In this document: piece after piece, positions 1-16,303 of the stretch | How positions within the stretch are numbered: the stretch's first letter is position 1 | Layout: each line of letters opens with the position of its first letter | Source of the DNA: Lama glama | Taxonomy: Eukaryota | Assembly: GCA_028534125.1 (NCBI GenBank) | Contig: CM052817.1 | Span: 31,250,001 to 31,314,000 of the forward strand | DNA: 64,000 bases | Reading direction: 5' to 3' | Made by a program: the position numbers and the translations under genes | The notes under the pieces: generated by a model | What the model saw: only the letters and a program-made list of their open reading frames with translations | Told to the model about the DNA's origin: nothing | The model's database searches: none

Positions 1-890
1 TCCATCCCAATTCCCACCCTACAGAGAGAATAATAACCATCAAGTGAGAACTGCCTCACCTACCTAAATTTCAGCCTACACACCAGCTCGTTTATGAACC
101 CTTCTCTCCTATAGAGATGCTACTTAAGACTCCTCCTGTTCAAGACTAACCCTTCCATGTGTGTCACCAACTTCATTTCCTTCTCCCTTCTCAGGAATTT
201 GACATCTTAATTCTCCATTGAATCATATATCCAGTCTCGATTTACCTTTCTCCCTCTCCCTCTCTTTCTCCTATACCACTGCCATCAGCTTTTTATGTTA
301 AGGTCTCTCCCAGTCATTTCTTCAATCCATCCTCAAGCTTATATCTCATTTCAGCCACCATCCTCTCTCCTTTATCATCCAAAATGATCTGATAGTTCTT
401 AATATTTATTGTCCAAATTTCCTAACTTAACTCTCTACCCTTGTGACGTCTACAATTTAACACCCACTTCTGTCACTGCACCAAAGGAGCTTTTGCTATG
501 GTCACCAATGACCTCCATGTTGCTCTATCCAAATGACATTTTTCAGTCATCCTTGTAATGACATCTGAGCATCATTTGACAGATCAAATTCTCAGCCATT
601 CCCATATTCCTCAAGCTCTTTTCCCCTTTGACTTCTCTTTCTGTAAGCTCTTCTCTCACATTCACTTTCTCCAGGCAATGCCACCCACACAAACAGCATC
701 ACCAGCCCTACGCATGTGACATACATCTTTAAGTAGCAAGCGTATTTTTTTTCTCTGTGCTCCAGACCTTTTATCCAACTGGCCTCCTCAGTGGAGGCTG
801 CAAAAATACCCCAAACCCAACAGGTCTGAAGCCAAATAATCTTCATGCCCACATCTGGTATTCTCCCATGGCTCCCTATCTCAGGAAGAG
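1..890 (-). mobile_element. LINE-2 fragment (old)
   Basis: Pyrimidine-rich L2-like motifs such as gtcaccaatgacctccatgttgct, catttgacag and ccctatctcagg. Confidence 0.6.
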
Positions 891-942
891 GTAACTGAGC
901 ACCTGTTCTGTGTCAGGCACTGTTTGGGCACTCGGGATGCAT

Positions 943-1160
943 CACTGTGCAAACCATAGGTCACAGGCTAAACCCAGCCACTGCCTGTTTTTATACATAA
1001 AGTTTTATTGGCAGACAACCATGTTCATTCATTTGTATATTGTTAGAGCTGCTTTCCTGTGACAGCAACAGTACAGAGTAGTTACAACAGAGCCACCTGG
1101 CTCACCAGGCCTAAAATATTTACTATCTGACCCTTCACAGAAAAAGTTTGCCAACTCCTG
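943..1160 (+). mobile_element. MER58A-like hAT-Charlie MITE
   Basis: cctgtttttatacataaagttttattgg...cctaaaatatttactatctgacccttcacagaaaaagtttgccaactcctg. Confidence 0.8.
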
Positions 1161-2759
1161 ATATAGAGCATCACTATATACCTGCATATTTTGGAATTTT
1201 AAATTCTATAAATGTAATAGAACCAAATTAAATTATAAATTCTCTTAAGAAAATCACACTATCTCTTCACTAGGGCTCTCAGTGAAGCTAGATGTATAAC
1301 TGTGCAGATGGCAAACAGGCAGATACAACTGCCTAATTATTTCTGTAATACACAGTTACTCCACAAAAAGTTCAAAGATAAAATTAACCTTTAAAATAGA
1401 AAAAAAAATTATCAAGACTAGATGTATTATATTAGACGAAGAAAGGAAAGCACAAGTTTCAGGGATATTCAGACTGAAATGGGCCTGCAACATGCATTGT
1501 GAACTGTAAGAACAAACACTCAGGATGATCGGACTAGAAAGTACAAATTTATTGCTGCTTCTGTATACTCATAAATAATACCAACTCAGTTTTATCTATT
1601 TATATGCAAACATTGCCCTTTTCTCATCAGTGTACGCCCAGCATCCAGAACAGCACCTGAACAGTCAGTCTGTTGAACAAATAAATTCAGTCACCTACAC
1701 AAAACTTGCAAAGAACTCTTTTTTTTTTTTCAGTGATATATGCCTTACTAAGTCTACTCTTGAATCATCCAAAAATACTTGGAGGAGAACATGTACTTGA
1801 TAAGATAGTAAAAATATTTCCTTTCAGGGAAAATATACTAAAATCAATAAAATCAGGTTTTACTAGGACTATTTATTAGTACAACTCACAGTCAAATTTC
1901 CTGTGATGAGCTTTGAAGTCAGAAAATTTTGTCTCAGAAAGCAAATTGTTATGGATTTTATTACAGAAAAAAAAAAGAATTTTAAACACCACCTATGTTA
2001 AGAACATGAAAAGAAGTAGCCTTCTAACTATTAACCCCTAAATCAGGGATCCCTAGATATTCTGGGTTCACAGTGTCATCGTTGTCCAGGTAATTTTTTT
2101 CAGAGGTCCTAGGCCAAAAGAAATGTCTAATGGTTTCATTTTTTAAGCAGCCTGGTCCAACAATATTATCCTAAAAACTTAGTAGCCATTTGAAAAAATA
2201 CTGCACGTAAGTTAAAATATTTTAATATTTTCATATCATCCTTAAATAACCACAATTACTTGCACTAAGGAGACATGTGCATCTGTTGGGCACTGCACAA
2301 CACCTCCAACCTGAGAATCATGTTGGAAACCATTACCACTTAATGCCTGATCCACATGGATTTTTGCCTTGTATGACTTTTTACACAGCAACCACCAAGA
2401 ACCCAAGTTTAGGAAGATAGAATGACATCAAAAGAAATATAGCAGAATCTAATGTTGAAACTGAACTACTTCAAGCTGGTATTTCATTTGATAACCAACT
2501 GATGCCGAGTATCACTGGATTTCCCTCAAAGATTGAAAATAGCCAGCAGCCTCTGTGATTCACTGCAGTACCTTGGGGAAATTCAGCACACACTCTAGAA
2601 ATCATGGTTCTAGACTCTTTATTTCTCCCACATTCATTTGCATAATCCAAATCCTCAAAGAAGTGCCTCATACTTCACCTCGTTCTGGAAGCCCTCCTTG
2701 ATTACCCAGACAGAAGTAATCTCTCGCTGCCTCATCTGAATTTCTAGTATGAGGCAGAG

Positions 2760-3230
2760 ACTAATTGACTCCCAGCATGTATTCTTTCCTTTGATTTTAG
2801 AAGCAGAACCCTAAATTTTAGCCTAAAGTAAGCATTTAGAATAAAGTCAGCATTTCCCAATCTCTTCCGGAGTTGTGTGTGGCCAGGAGACTGAGTTCTT
2901 GGCCCTGAGATGAACTTCAAAGTGGGAAATGTGACTTCCAAGAAACAGTCTCCAAGACTATTGTCCTTCCTCTTTCCTGCTGGCTGGAATACAGATGTAA
3001 TAGCTGGTGATCAAGCAACTATCTTAGACCCAGAGATGAAAGCTGTAGGCAGAAGATGGCTGAGTAACAAGAAACAAGAAACCTGGATCCCTGATGGATT
3101 TGTGGAGCTGTCCTATCAGACCCACACTGCTTACTTTCAGACTACATTTTCATGAGAAAAGGATGCATTATTTTTTGTTGAATCATTGTCAACCTGAATA
3201 GTCTATCACCTGCAGCTCAAGCAGTTTTAA
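2760..3230 (+). mobile_element. old ERVL-class solo LTR (LTR16/LTR33-like)
   Basis: cttcctctttcctgctggctggaatacagatgtaatagctgg...cctggatccctgatgg; similar elements at ~31060-31480 and ~44640-45040. Confidence 0.55.
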
Positions 3231-3609
3231 GTGGACTACGGTATTTATCACCGCATACTTGGGATCACAGTCATGTATGTACATATTAAAATTAAAACTA
3301 TAACCTCAGGAGATAAAAATCCATGTTTAATTCATTCAACAAATATCATATGCCCAGACCATTATTTTTATCCCTTAGGTAACTAATTAGTGCCTGGTGT
3401 ATAGTAGGATCAGTCTAGATATATATTGTCTCAAATAAATGACTCACAATGAAAAGCCAGCAAATTTCCCAAGAAAAGTTTTAGGTTTTTGATACCGTTA
3501 CTTTTGGTGGAAGGGAGGAAAACAAACTATTGAAAGTTCTCTTTAAACACCATACATACATCTAGGCTTTTCATGCTGAGTAATGTAACTGTCAAGTTTG
3601 TTAACTTTT

Positions 3610-3706
3610 TTTTAATAGAGGTATAGTTAGTTTACAATGTTGTGTCAATTTCTGGTGTATAGCACAATGCTTCAGTCATACATGAATGTATATATATTCA
3701 TTTTCA
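3610..3706 (-). mobile_element. extreme 5'-truncated young L1 3' end with target-site duplication
   Basis: Reverse complement resembles the 3' end of the L1 at ~13290-13373; flanked by TTAACTTTT at 3601-3609 and 3707-3715. Confidence 0.75.
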
Positions 3707-4163
3707 TTAACTTTTGACCAGAATTAACAGCAACTCACTGTAGCCACAGGGGATTATCTCCTGCTAATCAGAAGCTTTAATATGTCATCAATCAATATAA
3801 ATTCAGAAGAAAAATTTACAACTTAGTAAATTATAAATTAGCAATTTTTGATTACAAATCACTAAATATAGTGTGATAGCCAAAATGTTTTCAAAGAGGG
3901 ACTAATAGGAAGCAAACAATAAAAAGTAAGGTTGGTGGAAACACAGGCAATCATCTTGCAGTCCCTTTAGGGACCCCACATTCTCCACCTCCTTCAGCAT
4001 CTCCTGCCTGGTTTCCCCATGTCCTCACTTTTCCCCTTCCAAACTCCACACTGTAGCCCAAGTGATCTTTTCAAAACACTCATTTGGTTGTGTCACCTCC
4101 CTGCTTAAAACCCTCCAGAGACTTAAGAGACAAAGACCAGCTTCCCTAACATGAGATAGAAGA

Positions 4164-4296
4164 CAGTGCTTCTCAAACTTCAATGCGCCTGTGAATCAGG
4201 TGAGGAGAGTCTGATCCAGGAGGTTTGGGGTGGGACTCGAGAGCCTGCATCCCAGATGATGCTGACACTGGCAGTATGAGGACCAAACTTTGAGTG
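4164..4296. mobile_element. MER5A-like hAT MITE nested in L2 fragments (~4020-4700)
   Basis: cagtgcttctcaaactt...ggtttggggtgggactcgagag...gaccaaactttgagt. Confidence 0.7.
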
Positions 4297-4961
4297 ACAG
4301 GATCTGGAGACCCTCCAGGTCTGCCCTTCCTACACTCGGCTCACTGTATACCACTCATGCTGACCTGCCTCTCTTCCCTCTGGCCATCTGGCTCTTCCCA
4401 GTTCCCTGTAATCACTCTCTGCCTAAACTGGCCCCCCTCCAACCCCCAAACTGCCAGAGTCACTCAGGACTCACTCTGACACATTAACTCATGACCCATG
4501 ACTAGTTCTGGCCTTTCTGTCCTTTTTCCCAGTTATAATTTACATGTATTTGTGTGATTATTAGATTATATTGCTTATTCCTGCTCGATTGCAGGCTCCA
4601 TGAGGTTAGGGACCATGCTGGGTTTTGTTTCCCATTGTAGCCCTGGTATATAAAAAGGGTCTGGCTTTTAGTAGGCACTCCATAAAAATATTACAATAAT
4701 GAATCAATAAACTCTTCTAAGTATGCTCTCCCACTGTCAGAAGAGTCTTAGAAACAGAAGGAATTGAATGCTGCTCCATGTGTGAATAATTATTAATCAT
4801 CATATTAATAACAACAAACAGCAAGAAAACTATTTCCTGGGAACCAGGCAAGCCTCTAAATGCCTCATCATATGGAAATGCTCAAAACAGCTCGACGAGT
4901 TGGATGGTATTACCCTACCCATTCACAGATGAGGAATTTGAGACTCTCTGTGAATAATTTG

Positions 4962-5113
4962 ATTAAAATAATTCAAGCTCATCAACAAAAAAGCAGAATC
5001 TAGAGCAATTCCCTTTTCCAAATCCCAGTAGCTAATTTAGAGATCCCATGGTTATTAAATTGGCTTGACTTCTAGATCATAGCTTTCAGAGCTCCCTGGG
5101 ATACACCATCTAC
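4962..5113 (+). repeat. dispersed direct repeat copy A (~152 bp; copy B at 6732-6884)
   Basis: Hand alignment gives about 17 differences in ~152 bp. Confidence 0.9.
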
Positions 5114-6731
5114 TCTCCAGTCCCTACACAGATAGACTAAACTTTCACCCACTGAGTCATGCAGGGCTGACCCTGGATGCCCTCAAACCTATGAAAGACC
5201 AGATCTGGTAGCCCTCATCATAAGAGTTTCAGAGCCATCCATTCCTCAGTAGAGCTGCCATTGTTGGGGAAGAAACAGACTTTTTCCTGAGCCTGCATGC
5301 GTCCGCCCCTCCCCCCAGGCCAGACACGGCCTCACAGAGGATAACCACCCACTGCAGCTAGACAGTAAGAGCTACGTTCTAGAAATGGCCTGTCGGTAGT
5401 ATTTTTCCATTTCTTTCTAGAGCTCACATGTCACAATTATCTTTAAAACCTTAACCTAATTATCCAATAAGACTTTAATTACCTGGAATCTTTAGTTACA
5501 GAAGTTTTCTATTCTTCATCTTTGGAGAAATGGAAAATGAGAAGAAAATAAGCAAATCATGAAGGATCAAACTTATAAAGTATTTCCAGAGAATGACATG
5601 GAATTCTAGGAAATGTAACACCTTCTACAATTTCTAAAGCTTAGAATCTTTTGCCCTGAAAAGGACAATGGCCCTGATCATCAGTTTTCAAAGATGTGGT
5701 TTTTGTTCTGCTTAGTACACGGTAAGACAGTGTAAGAAGAGTCATTTTCAATAGTAAAGAATGAGATGGAAAAGAGGTTCAAGTTAATATTTAATATATC
5801 AATATCTAATCAACAACCAAAAAAAAAAAAACCCATTCCTTGATCATTCCAAAGTTCTGCTAAACATGTGCCATTTCGGCCTACAACAGCTCTGGACGTT
5901 ATAATATTCACCGAATGATATCATCCACAAAGAGATTATTATTAGCTTAGTGCTTTTAAGGTACAGTATCAGATGTAGAGATATGCTGATTTTCTATTTC
6001 AATTAGGATATGTTTAAATTATAGGATATATTTAAATTATGACCAAAGTTCAAGCAAACTTGAAGTAGTATATAAACTGTTTCTAATCAAGAGAGTATTC
6101 TGAAATGTGAAGGTTAACACTACCTGTATAATGTGACACTACGCTATGGATTTTCTGAAATACCAGAATGATTATATTCCTAAATATAATTATGAAATTA
6201 TATAGACTTGGTTAACATAGGATGGTTAGTTAACACCATCTGTGAATTTCAGATGTACAAATATTACTATCCTAAGTATGTCCTAATTCATATGTCAATC
6301 TGGTAAATTCAATAAAATTCTATTAATTGCTTTGAAGTTTATGATATAAACAAGTCAAAGTATCAAAATAGTCTTAAACCAAAACGAGAATGCACATTTT
6401 AATGGATGGGATTGTATACAAAGTTACGGCAGAATTCAGTGACTATTTGTCCCACAAAAGATTTGCTTCTATTGTTAAAAACAATTAAGAAAGAGCCTTC
6501 AAAAATCAACACTGTGTATTCGTTAGAGATTCATTTTGTGGCAGCCTCGTCCTTTAGGCAGGAAGGTGGTAAACCGCGAATGCCTTCACACTTGGCAGTC
6601 TCAGTGGTGCAGAGAACAGCCCACAAGGAAGACAAGGTCACTCCAACTTGTGTGGCCCGAACAAGCCATAAAAGCTGCCTCTAAACTCGGTGAAGATATT
6701 ATGCTGTCGCGTGTTAATATATTAATAATAT

Positions 6732-6884
6732 ATTAAAATAATTCAAGCTCATCAACAAAAAAGGCAGAATGTAAAGCAATTCCCTTTCCTGAACCCCAGT
6801 AGGTAATTTAGAGATTCCATGTTTGTTAATTTGGCTTGACTTCTAGACCACAGTTTTCAGAGCTCCCTGGAATACAACATCTAC
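6732..6884 (+). repeat. dispersed direct repeat copy B
   Basis: attaaaataattcaagctcatcaacaaaaaa...cagagctccctggaatacaacatctac matches 4962-5113. Confidence 0.9.
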
Positions 6885-9419
6885 AGTCACAGTCTTAAAA
6901 AAAGGCTGACATTAAGATCCCACTTGCTGATAGATAATTGGCTTGGAATATTATCCCGCACATAACCATCAGTCCCAAATGTGATCTGAATTGTTTTTTG
7001 TGTATTAGAGATGGAGCTTCTCCGATGTACCTCCACTCTCTGTCCACTGAGGAAAAAACACGCCAGCATTACCGTCTTATACAAGAAGAAAATCTACCAG
7101 TGCTGGACGCTCTCCTCTCTGTTCTCAATAAACGTTGAAAGCATTCCGTCTGTGAATTAAAAGTAGATTTATTGAAGAAAAGAACAGTGATTTAGCTACT
7201 TCTCAAACCAGGCATCTGTCAGCCCTCAATAATACTAGCTCCCACTCCACCAGTAAGCAAAATGCCTCCAAAGTCACTCATCAGTAAATTATGCCAAACC
7301 CAAATGTCTTTTGTTGTAATGTTTGTTTTTATTGTCCCAGGAGGCATGAAGAACAAGCATCTGGTTTTCAGTAAGTCTTTTCATCCCATTTTCTGGCATT
7401 TAATTGAAACATACAAAGTTCAAATAACTCAAGCACTCTTTCAAAATGAAATTACTCAGTTCACACCAGAATACATGGTTCTGTAAGCCAACATCATCCA
7501 CATTTTCTCCTTTGAAAGTTAACATAATAACAACAGCACCAAATAGTCCTCCCCCGAGTTTTACATTCACACATCCCAGAATGGCTGTTCAATGTGGAGA
7601 CTAAATACCGACAAAATATTTTTCCTGTCAAAAAGAAAAGGTAATAACAATCCAATATCCAGGCAGCATACTAATTTGGCATTTCTGTTTTGAGGGGAGC
7701 ATTGTTTAGCCCAAGTCTGAAATATGAGAGAGAAGACTGGAATGTCTCAGAAGCAACTTCTACAATATTGTTTCTACCACTGAAAACCTAGGTGACCTTA
7801 TAAAGTCATCACCCTGTCCTAACCATTTTTCCATATTTGTAAATAAAGTCTGAAAAGTTAGTCTTGTTCCAACCACAACTATCCCAACAATAAAATTTAA
7901 CAATAAAATAAAACAATAAAATGAAATTGGTAAAGCAAAAGAAAAGTAAGGAAAATAATGATAATAACAATGTTTCTTCCAAGTTTACTGTAAGAGTCCT
8001 AATGTCTCTCTCCCTGGAGGGAAGTTATAATTTTTGTTCAAGTGAGGAAATTTCTTCAAAGGGAACAGGGGAACCTTATCTAAGGTAAACCCCATTTTCT
8101 TCAGAGTAAGGTGGGAGGGTCATATTTCTGTGATAGTCACTGAAGATGATCTCGGAAAGAAACAGCAGGCAACTCCTCATCTAGACAAGGTAGATAAATA
8201 GGACCCTACGTCCTTTTTTGAGATGACTTTGCCCCCAATCTCAAGTATGTCAACGTTATCATTTTACAGCAGACACAAATCTTGAAATAATAAAAGATTC
8301 CTTTTAAGGCAGACACAATATCAGAACTCTCTCTGCGTGTATTGAAAAGTCTTACAGGTCATTTTTTTCAGTTTTTTTTTTTAGAAACAATGGAGACTAC
8401 CAGGGCGGGGCGGGGGGGGGGGGATGAAAGGAGGGTTGGGTTATCCATCCCTCGGGAAATTAAATATTTGACATTTAACTCTTTAAAATATTTTGAATTT
8501 CACATCCTGATTATAAGTGACAACAGTTATAAGGAAGTTCTGGCATAATCCAGAGAAATCTAACAGATTTCCAAATGAAGCCTATTTTTCACGTAGCACG
8601 AAGGAAGCTGTTGAACTTGTGCAAATCTTACAGACCTAATTGAGCCACTGATCCAATAGCAATGGAAATGTTGTGACTTTCGAAAACTGAAACAGCTTGG
8701 CAAAGTGAGTAGAGAAAAAATACCGACTTTCTACAGCTGAAAATCATCAGGGAACATATACAAGACAAAATGGATTTTATGCTCTACAACAATTCATTTC
8801 AGGCATTTCAACGCAAAGTAAAACATAAACAGATGTTGAAAACAGTTAACCTACTGAACTTACCTGCTGAAAGGAATCCTGCAATGCAAAAAAAATAAAT
8901 AAATAAAGTACAAGTTTAGGATTTTATGTGTTCGATGAAGCTGCAATTTCTTTCTGAATACCCAGAGCAAAACGATGAATTCCAAACTTAACATTCATCA
9001 TAAGTTTTGTTATATTCCATGAATATTTGAGTTGGAAAATACAGAGATGTTCTAGGTTGAGCTTTCCATTGCAAAACATGTCTATGCTGTATGTTAAAAA
9101 ATCTCACTAATACGTTTCATTCCACTCATGGTTATTGAGCAGCTATTCTGTGCACAGCTGGGCTATAGGGATATAAAGATGAGAAAGACAGTCCCTATGC
9201 TCTGGGAGTTGACAGCCTACCTCCACCATACACAACCTCAAGGGCAACTTCAATGCACTGTGACAGGACAGTTACACAGGTATATGGAAAGGACTACAGG
9301 TCAACCACAGAGACAGCGTGAACTAGGGCACACTCAATCCCCGTTGTGATGTTCCAAAAGAAATATAACCTTTTACTTTTACACCAAGATAAAACAACAC
9401 TAGTTCCTGAGCATACATT

Positions 9420-9670
9420 CCCATGGGTCTCAAAGCATGTGTGTGTGGGTTGAGGGAGGAGGGAAGCAATGTCATTGACATTTTAAGCAGGACAGCTTTT
9501 CACTTGATGGGACTCTCTCACATGCTGTAGGACCTTTGGCATCCCTGGCCACCACCTAATGCCAGCAATAACTCTCCCCATGCCTTGGCACTGTGATTAA
9601 CAACAGGTCCTCTGTTATTGCCATATGCCGTATGCCAAAGGTTAGTACCTTTCCTGGTTGAGAAGCACTC
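9420..9670 (+). mobile_element. MER20-like hAT MITE
   Basis: gtaggacctttggcatccctggcc...atgccagca...ctggttgagaagcact. Confidence 0.6.
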
Positions 9671-10701
9671 AGGCTGTTCAGCAAGCATCTATCACAGACT
9701 GCACGGTCAGCTCTACGCTCTGGATGTAAGACACATTCCTAAGTTAGCAAACTATTCCCACGTTCTATAGGCATAAACTTACATTAGGTCTTTAAGTAAA
9801 TACTGAGAGTATACACCTTTTCTCCACAGAGAGATGGTACATTTTTTTTTAGAAAAACCTTGTATCTTTTTGTGACTGTTACCCCACCTGGCACATAAAA
9901 GAACGTAGAATTTTAACAACAAGATCAATCAATCAACATCAGAGAGACATAATTTATTGGGTCCTTCAAAACCTAACACCTATTACATTGAACCAAGAAT
10001 CTTGAGGAAGAGTAAGGAGTGGTATTTAGGGAGAAAAATGTATACATGAAGTGGTTATATCTTGGGCAGGTAGGACATGAGGCTTTAAGCTTCGGTGGAC
10101 TTGAACCAAGCATGGCCCATGTGGATTTTAGACTTTGGACAATCTCTGTGGCCTCTGTGCCAAGCTATACATGTGGAGCTTGGCCCAGTGATTCAGGTGA
10201 GTCTGGCATAGGCTCAAAACCTGTGTAGTTCCTGGAGGTGAGCAGAGCCAAATGTGCTGCCTGAAAACTACAAAACTGCTGGGATCCGTGAGCTCTCCAG
10301 AAGTAGACGTGAACTTCTAGCTTTGATTTTTTGTGCCAGTTTTAGAATAGTTATCTAAGAAAGGCTGCCCTAAGTTTCATGCCTTATCATGTTTTCTAAA
10401 TTGCATTTGGGCCCATGGAAGGAAATCAGTAAATGGAGGTACCAACACCTCAGTTGCACAGGGCTTGTTCACAAGTTTGGGCAGTCCTTCATTACACGGT
10501 CCTCCATTAATTCACTCTAAAATTGTTAATTAAATAACCTCTGAAGCTGGCTGTAGATTTTAGAGACCAAATTCACCAATTTGATCAGAGAATGATGGTT
10601 GTTTTTGCTACAAAACAAAAAAGAATGGAAGGCTTTATCATAGCATATTCCATCTTCATGGGGTGAAATAAGAACACAACTCAATAAAACTTTTGCAAAT
10701 G

Positions 10702-13374
<2,673 letters not shown>

Positions 13375-13812
13375 ACTTTTGCAAATGCAAAGCTAAAAGA
13401 ACATTCAAAGAGCCTATGCAACTGAACACTCTCTCTGCATAAGCAGTTTAACTTAGGCAGTCAAAGGAGATGTGGAATGGTTTGAAAAAACACACTTCAG
13501 TCTTTTCCAGAATGACAAATTGATGACGCTGAAGAAAGAAACAGATTTCCTTAAGAGAAAGGCTAAGCTTTGAGCTGGTGGACTGAGCAGATAGGAAGGA
13601 AAAATGTGATTCTGAAGGTCTAGACAGATACAAAGAGGCAAAGAGTTACATCCAGATCTAATACTCTTCATGAGACTATTAGAAAGGGGAGATGTTCTTA
13701 GCAGTTACTAGATAATCCTGTATGGTTGGAACCCAAAGGAATCAAACAGAGGAGGAAGGGCAAGCTCTCAAAGAATAAATGAATTGAGTGTCCCCAAGGG
13801 GACAAGGACTTG

Positions 13813-14312
13813 NNNNNNNNNNNNNNNNNNNNNNNNNNNNNNNNNNNNNNNNNNNNNNNNNNNNNNNNNNNNNNNNNNNNNNNNNNNNNNNNNNNNNNNN
13901 NNNNNNNNNNNNNNNNNNNNNNNNNNNNNNNNNNNNNNNNNNNNNNNNNNNNNNNNNNNNNNNNNNNNNNNNNNNNNNNNNNNNNNNNNNNNNNNNNNNN
14001 NNNNNNNNNNNNNNNNNNNNNNNNNNNNNNNNNNNNNNNNNNNNNNNNNNNNNNNNNNNNNNNNNNNNNNNNNNNNNNNNNNNNNNNNNNNNNNNNNNNN
14101 NNNNNNNNNNNNNNNNNNNNNNNNNNNNNNNNNNNNNNNNNNNNNNNNNNNNNNNNNNNNNNNNNNNNNNNNNNNNNNNNNNNNNNNNNNNNNNNNNNNN
14201 NNNNNNNNNNNNNNNNNNNNNNNNNNNNNNNNNNNNNNNNNNNNNNNNNNNNNNNNNNNNNNNNNNNNNNNNNNNNNNNNNNNNNNNNNNNNNNNNNNNN
14301 NNNNNNNNNNNN
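13813..14312. other. assembly gap (500 N)
   Basis: Run of exactly 500 N, probably a scaffolding placeholder of unknown true size. Confidence 0.99.
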
Positions 14313-14725
14313 CTGTAAGGTGAGCTAATGAGGGCAACTGCCAGCAGGCGGAGGGGAAAACATAATTTACAGGCAGCCTTCAGCATTGCTCAGAGCTGAG
14401 CAAAGGCTGCTGCAGAACGCTCAGGGATGCGGGGGACAGACACAGCCATGCTCCAGGACAACAGCAGCTCTTTCTGAGCAAACAGAAAGAAGAAAAGACT
14501 GGATTCAGGGCTGGGGACAGTGACAGGATAAGGAAAGGGCAACTGATTCAGCAATCCAAAAGTACTCCATGCTCATGTGGAAAGCACACATATTCTCCCA
14601 ACCTGCATGATGACTGTCTGCCCTAAGAATAATTAACATTCTGGACTATGCTCTACAGCTGATTTAGCAAAGTTCCAGAAACAGAATAAACTTGAGGCAG
14701 GGAAAGGATTACCTATTGATGCATC

Positions 14726-15536
14726 TGTACTGGCTTGAATAGTGTCCCTCAAAGATTCATGTCCATCAGAACCTCAGAATGTGACCTTACTTGGAAATAG
14801 GGTATTTTCACACAAAGGAAGTACACATCGTATCCATGCGTTGATATAAATCCTTAGAAAATGCAAATTAATCTATAGTGACAGAAATGAGACAAGTGGT
14901 TGCCTGACATTGTGGAGGCAGAGATGGGTGAGAGGGAGATTTTGAAAGGCACAAAGAAGTTGCAGGGGGTGATGGTTATATTCATTATATTGATAATGAT
15001 GGTGGTTTTGTGGGTGTATGCATATGTCAAAACATATGAAAGCGTACACATAAAATATATGCAATTTATTATAAGTCAATTACACCATAATAAAGCTGTA
15101 TTAAAGGAGGAAGAGGGTCCAGTTGTTGACTTATCAGGTCATGCTAACTGATGAAATAAGAAAAACAAAACAGCAAAACAAAATAGACGGATCTTTGCCT
15201 TTGGAATTAGTTACGGTGATATCATACTGGATTAGGGTGAGCCAAAATCCAGTATGACTGGTGTCCTTAAAATAAGAGAGAACACAGAGACACAGGGAAG
15301 GAGGCCGTGTGACTAAAGAGGCCAGGATTGGAGGGCTGCAGCTATAAGCCAGCAAGCGCCAGAAGCTAGGGAGAGTGGAGGAAGGCTTCTTCCCTAGAGC
15401 CTTCAAGGGACACGGCCCTGCAGACATTGCTGTTGGACTTGCAGCCTCCAGAACTGTGAGAGAATACATTCCCAGCGTTTCAAGCCACCAGTTCATTTGT
15501 ATAACTTGCTAAAGCAGCCGTAGGAAACTATACAGC
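14726..15536 (+). mobile_element. MLT1 (MaLR) solo LTR interrupted by an old L1 3' fragment (~14811-15105)
   Basis: 5' part tgaatagtgtccctcaaagattcatgtcc...ggaaataggg; resumes at ~15190 with catactggattagggtg...ctccagaactgtgagagaata. Confidence 0.8.
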
Positions 15537-15840
15537 ATCTATGAATCTTAGCTAGTTCCAAAGATTTTCCATATAGTCATTCATTCATGAATAGTTAGTA
15601 AATACAAACTGTGTGCCAGGCATTCTTTTAGCAATGAACAAAAACAAAGAAAAATCTCTGCCTCCATATCTCAGAGACAGAAAATAATCAAAATAAAGAA
15701 GTAAAATACATAGTCTGTCAAAAGGTAATTAAGTTCAGCAAGCGGTCCTACAGAGTGAGGTGGCATATTAGTTTCAAATTTGAATAAATTAGATACTCCC
15801 AGAGGATTCTGATCCAAACATTGAACCCAGTATTCTAGTA

Positions 15841-16303
15841 CAGACGGTCCCCAACTTACAATGGTTCAACTTACAATTTTTCTACTTTACGATGGCATGA
15901 AAGCAATGTGCCTTCAGTAGAAACCATACTTTAAATTTTGGATTTTGATGTTTTCCTGGGCTAGTGATATGCAAGCCGCACCTCCCAGCCCCACAAACAG
16001 GAGGGGAACGACTGATACACTCACAACCATTCTGTACCTCAACAACCATTGTTTTCCACTTTCAGTTCAGCATTCAGTAAATTACCTGAGATACTCAACA
16101 CTTTATTATAAAATAGGCTTTGTGTTAGATAGTTTATGCCTAACTGTAGGCTGATGTATGTTTTCTGAGCATATTTAAGGTAAGTTAGGCTAAGCTGTGA
16201 TGTTTGGTAGGTTAGGTGTATTAAATGCCTTTCAACTTAACGATGTTTTCAACTTACAAAGGGTTACTGGGACGTAACTCCATTGTAAGTCAAACCTGAT
16301 CTG
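15841..16303 (-). mobile_element. MER47/Tigger5-like Tc1-mariner MITE
   Basis: Terminal inverted repeats cagacggtccccaacttacaatgg / ccattgtaagtcaaacctgatctg, TA on the left flank; internal taggctaagctgtgatgtttggtaggttaggtgtattaaatgc. Confidence 0.8.

Noticed and set aside
13742..14386. Five 170-215 aa ORFs in the track
   Set aside because: Artefacts of translating through the N gap
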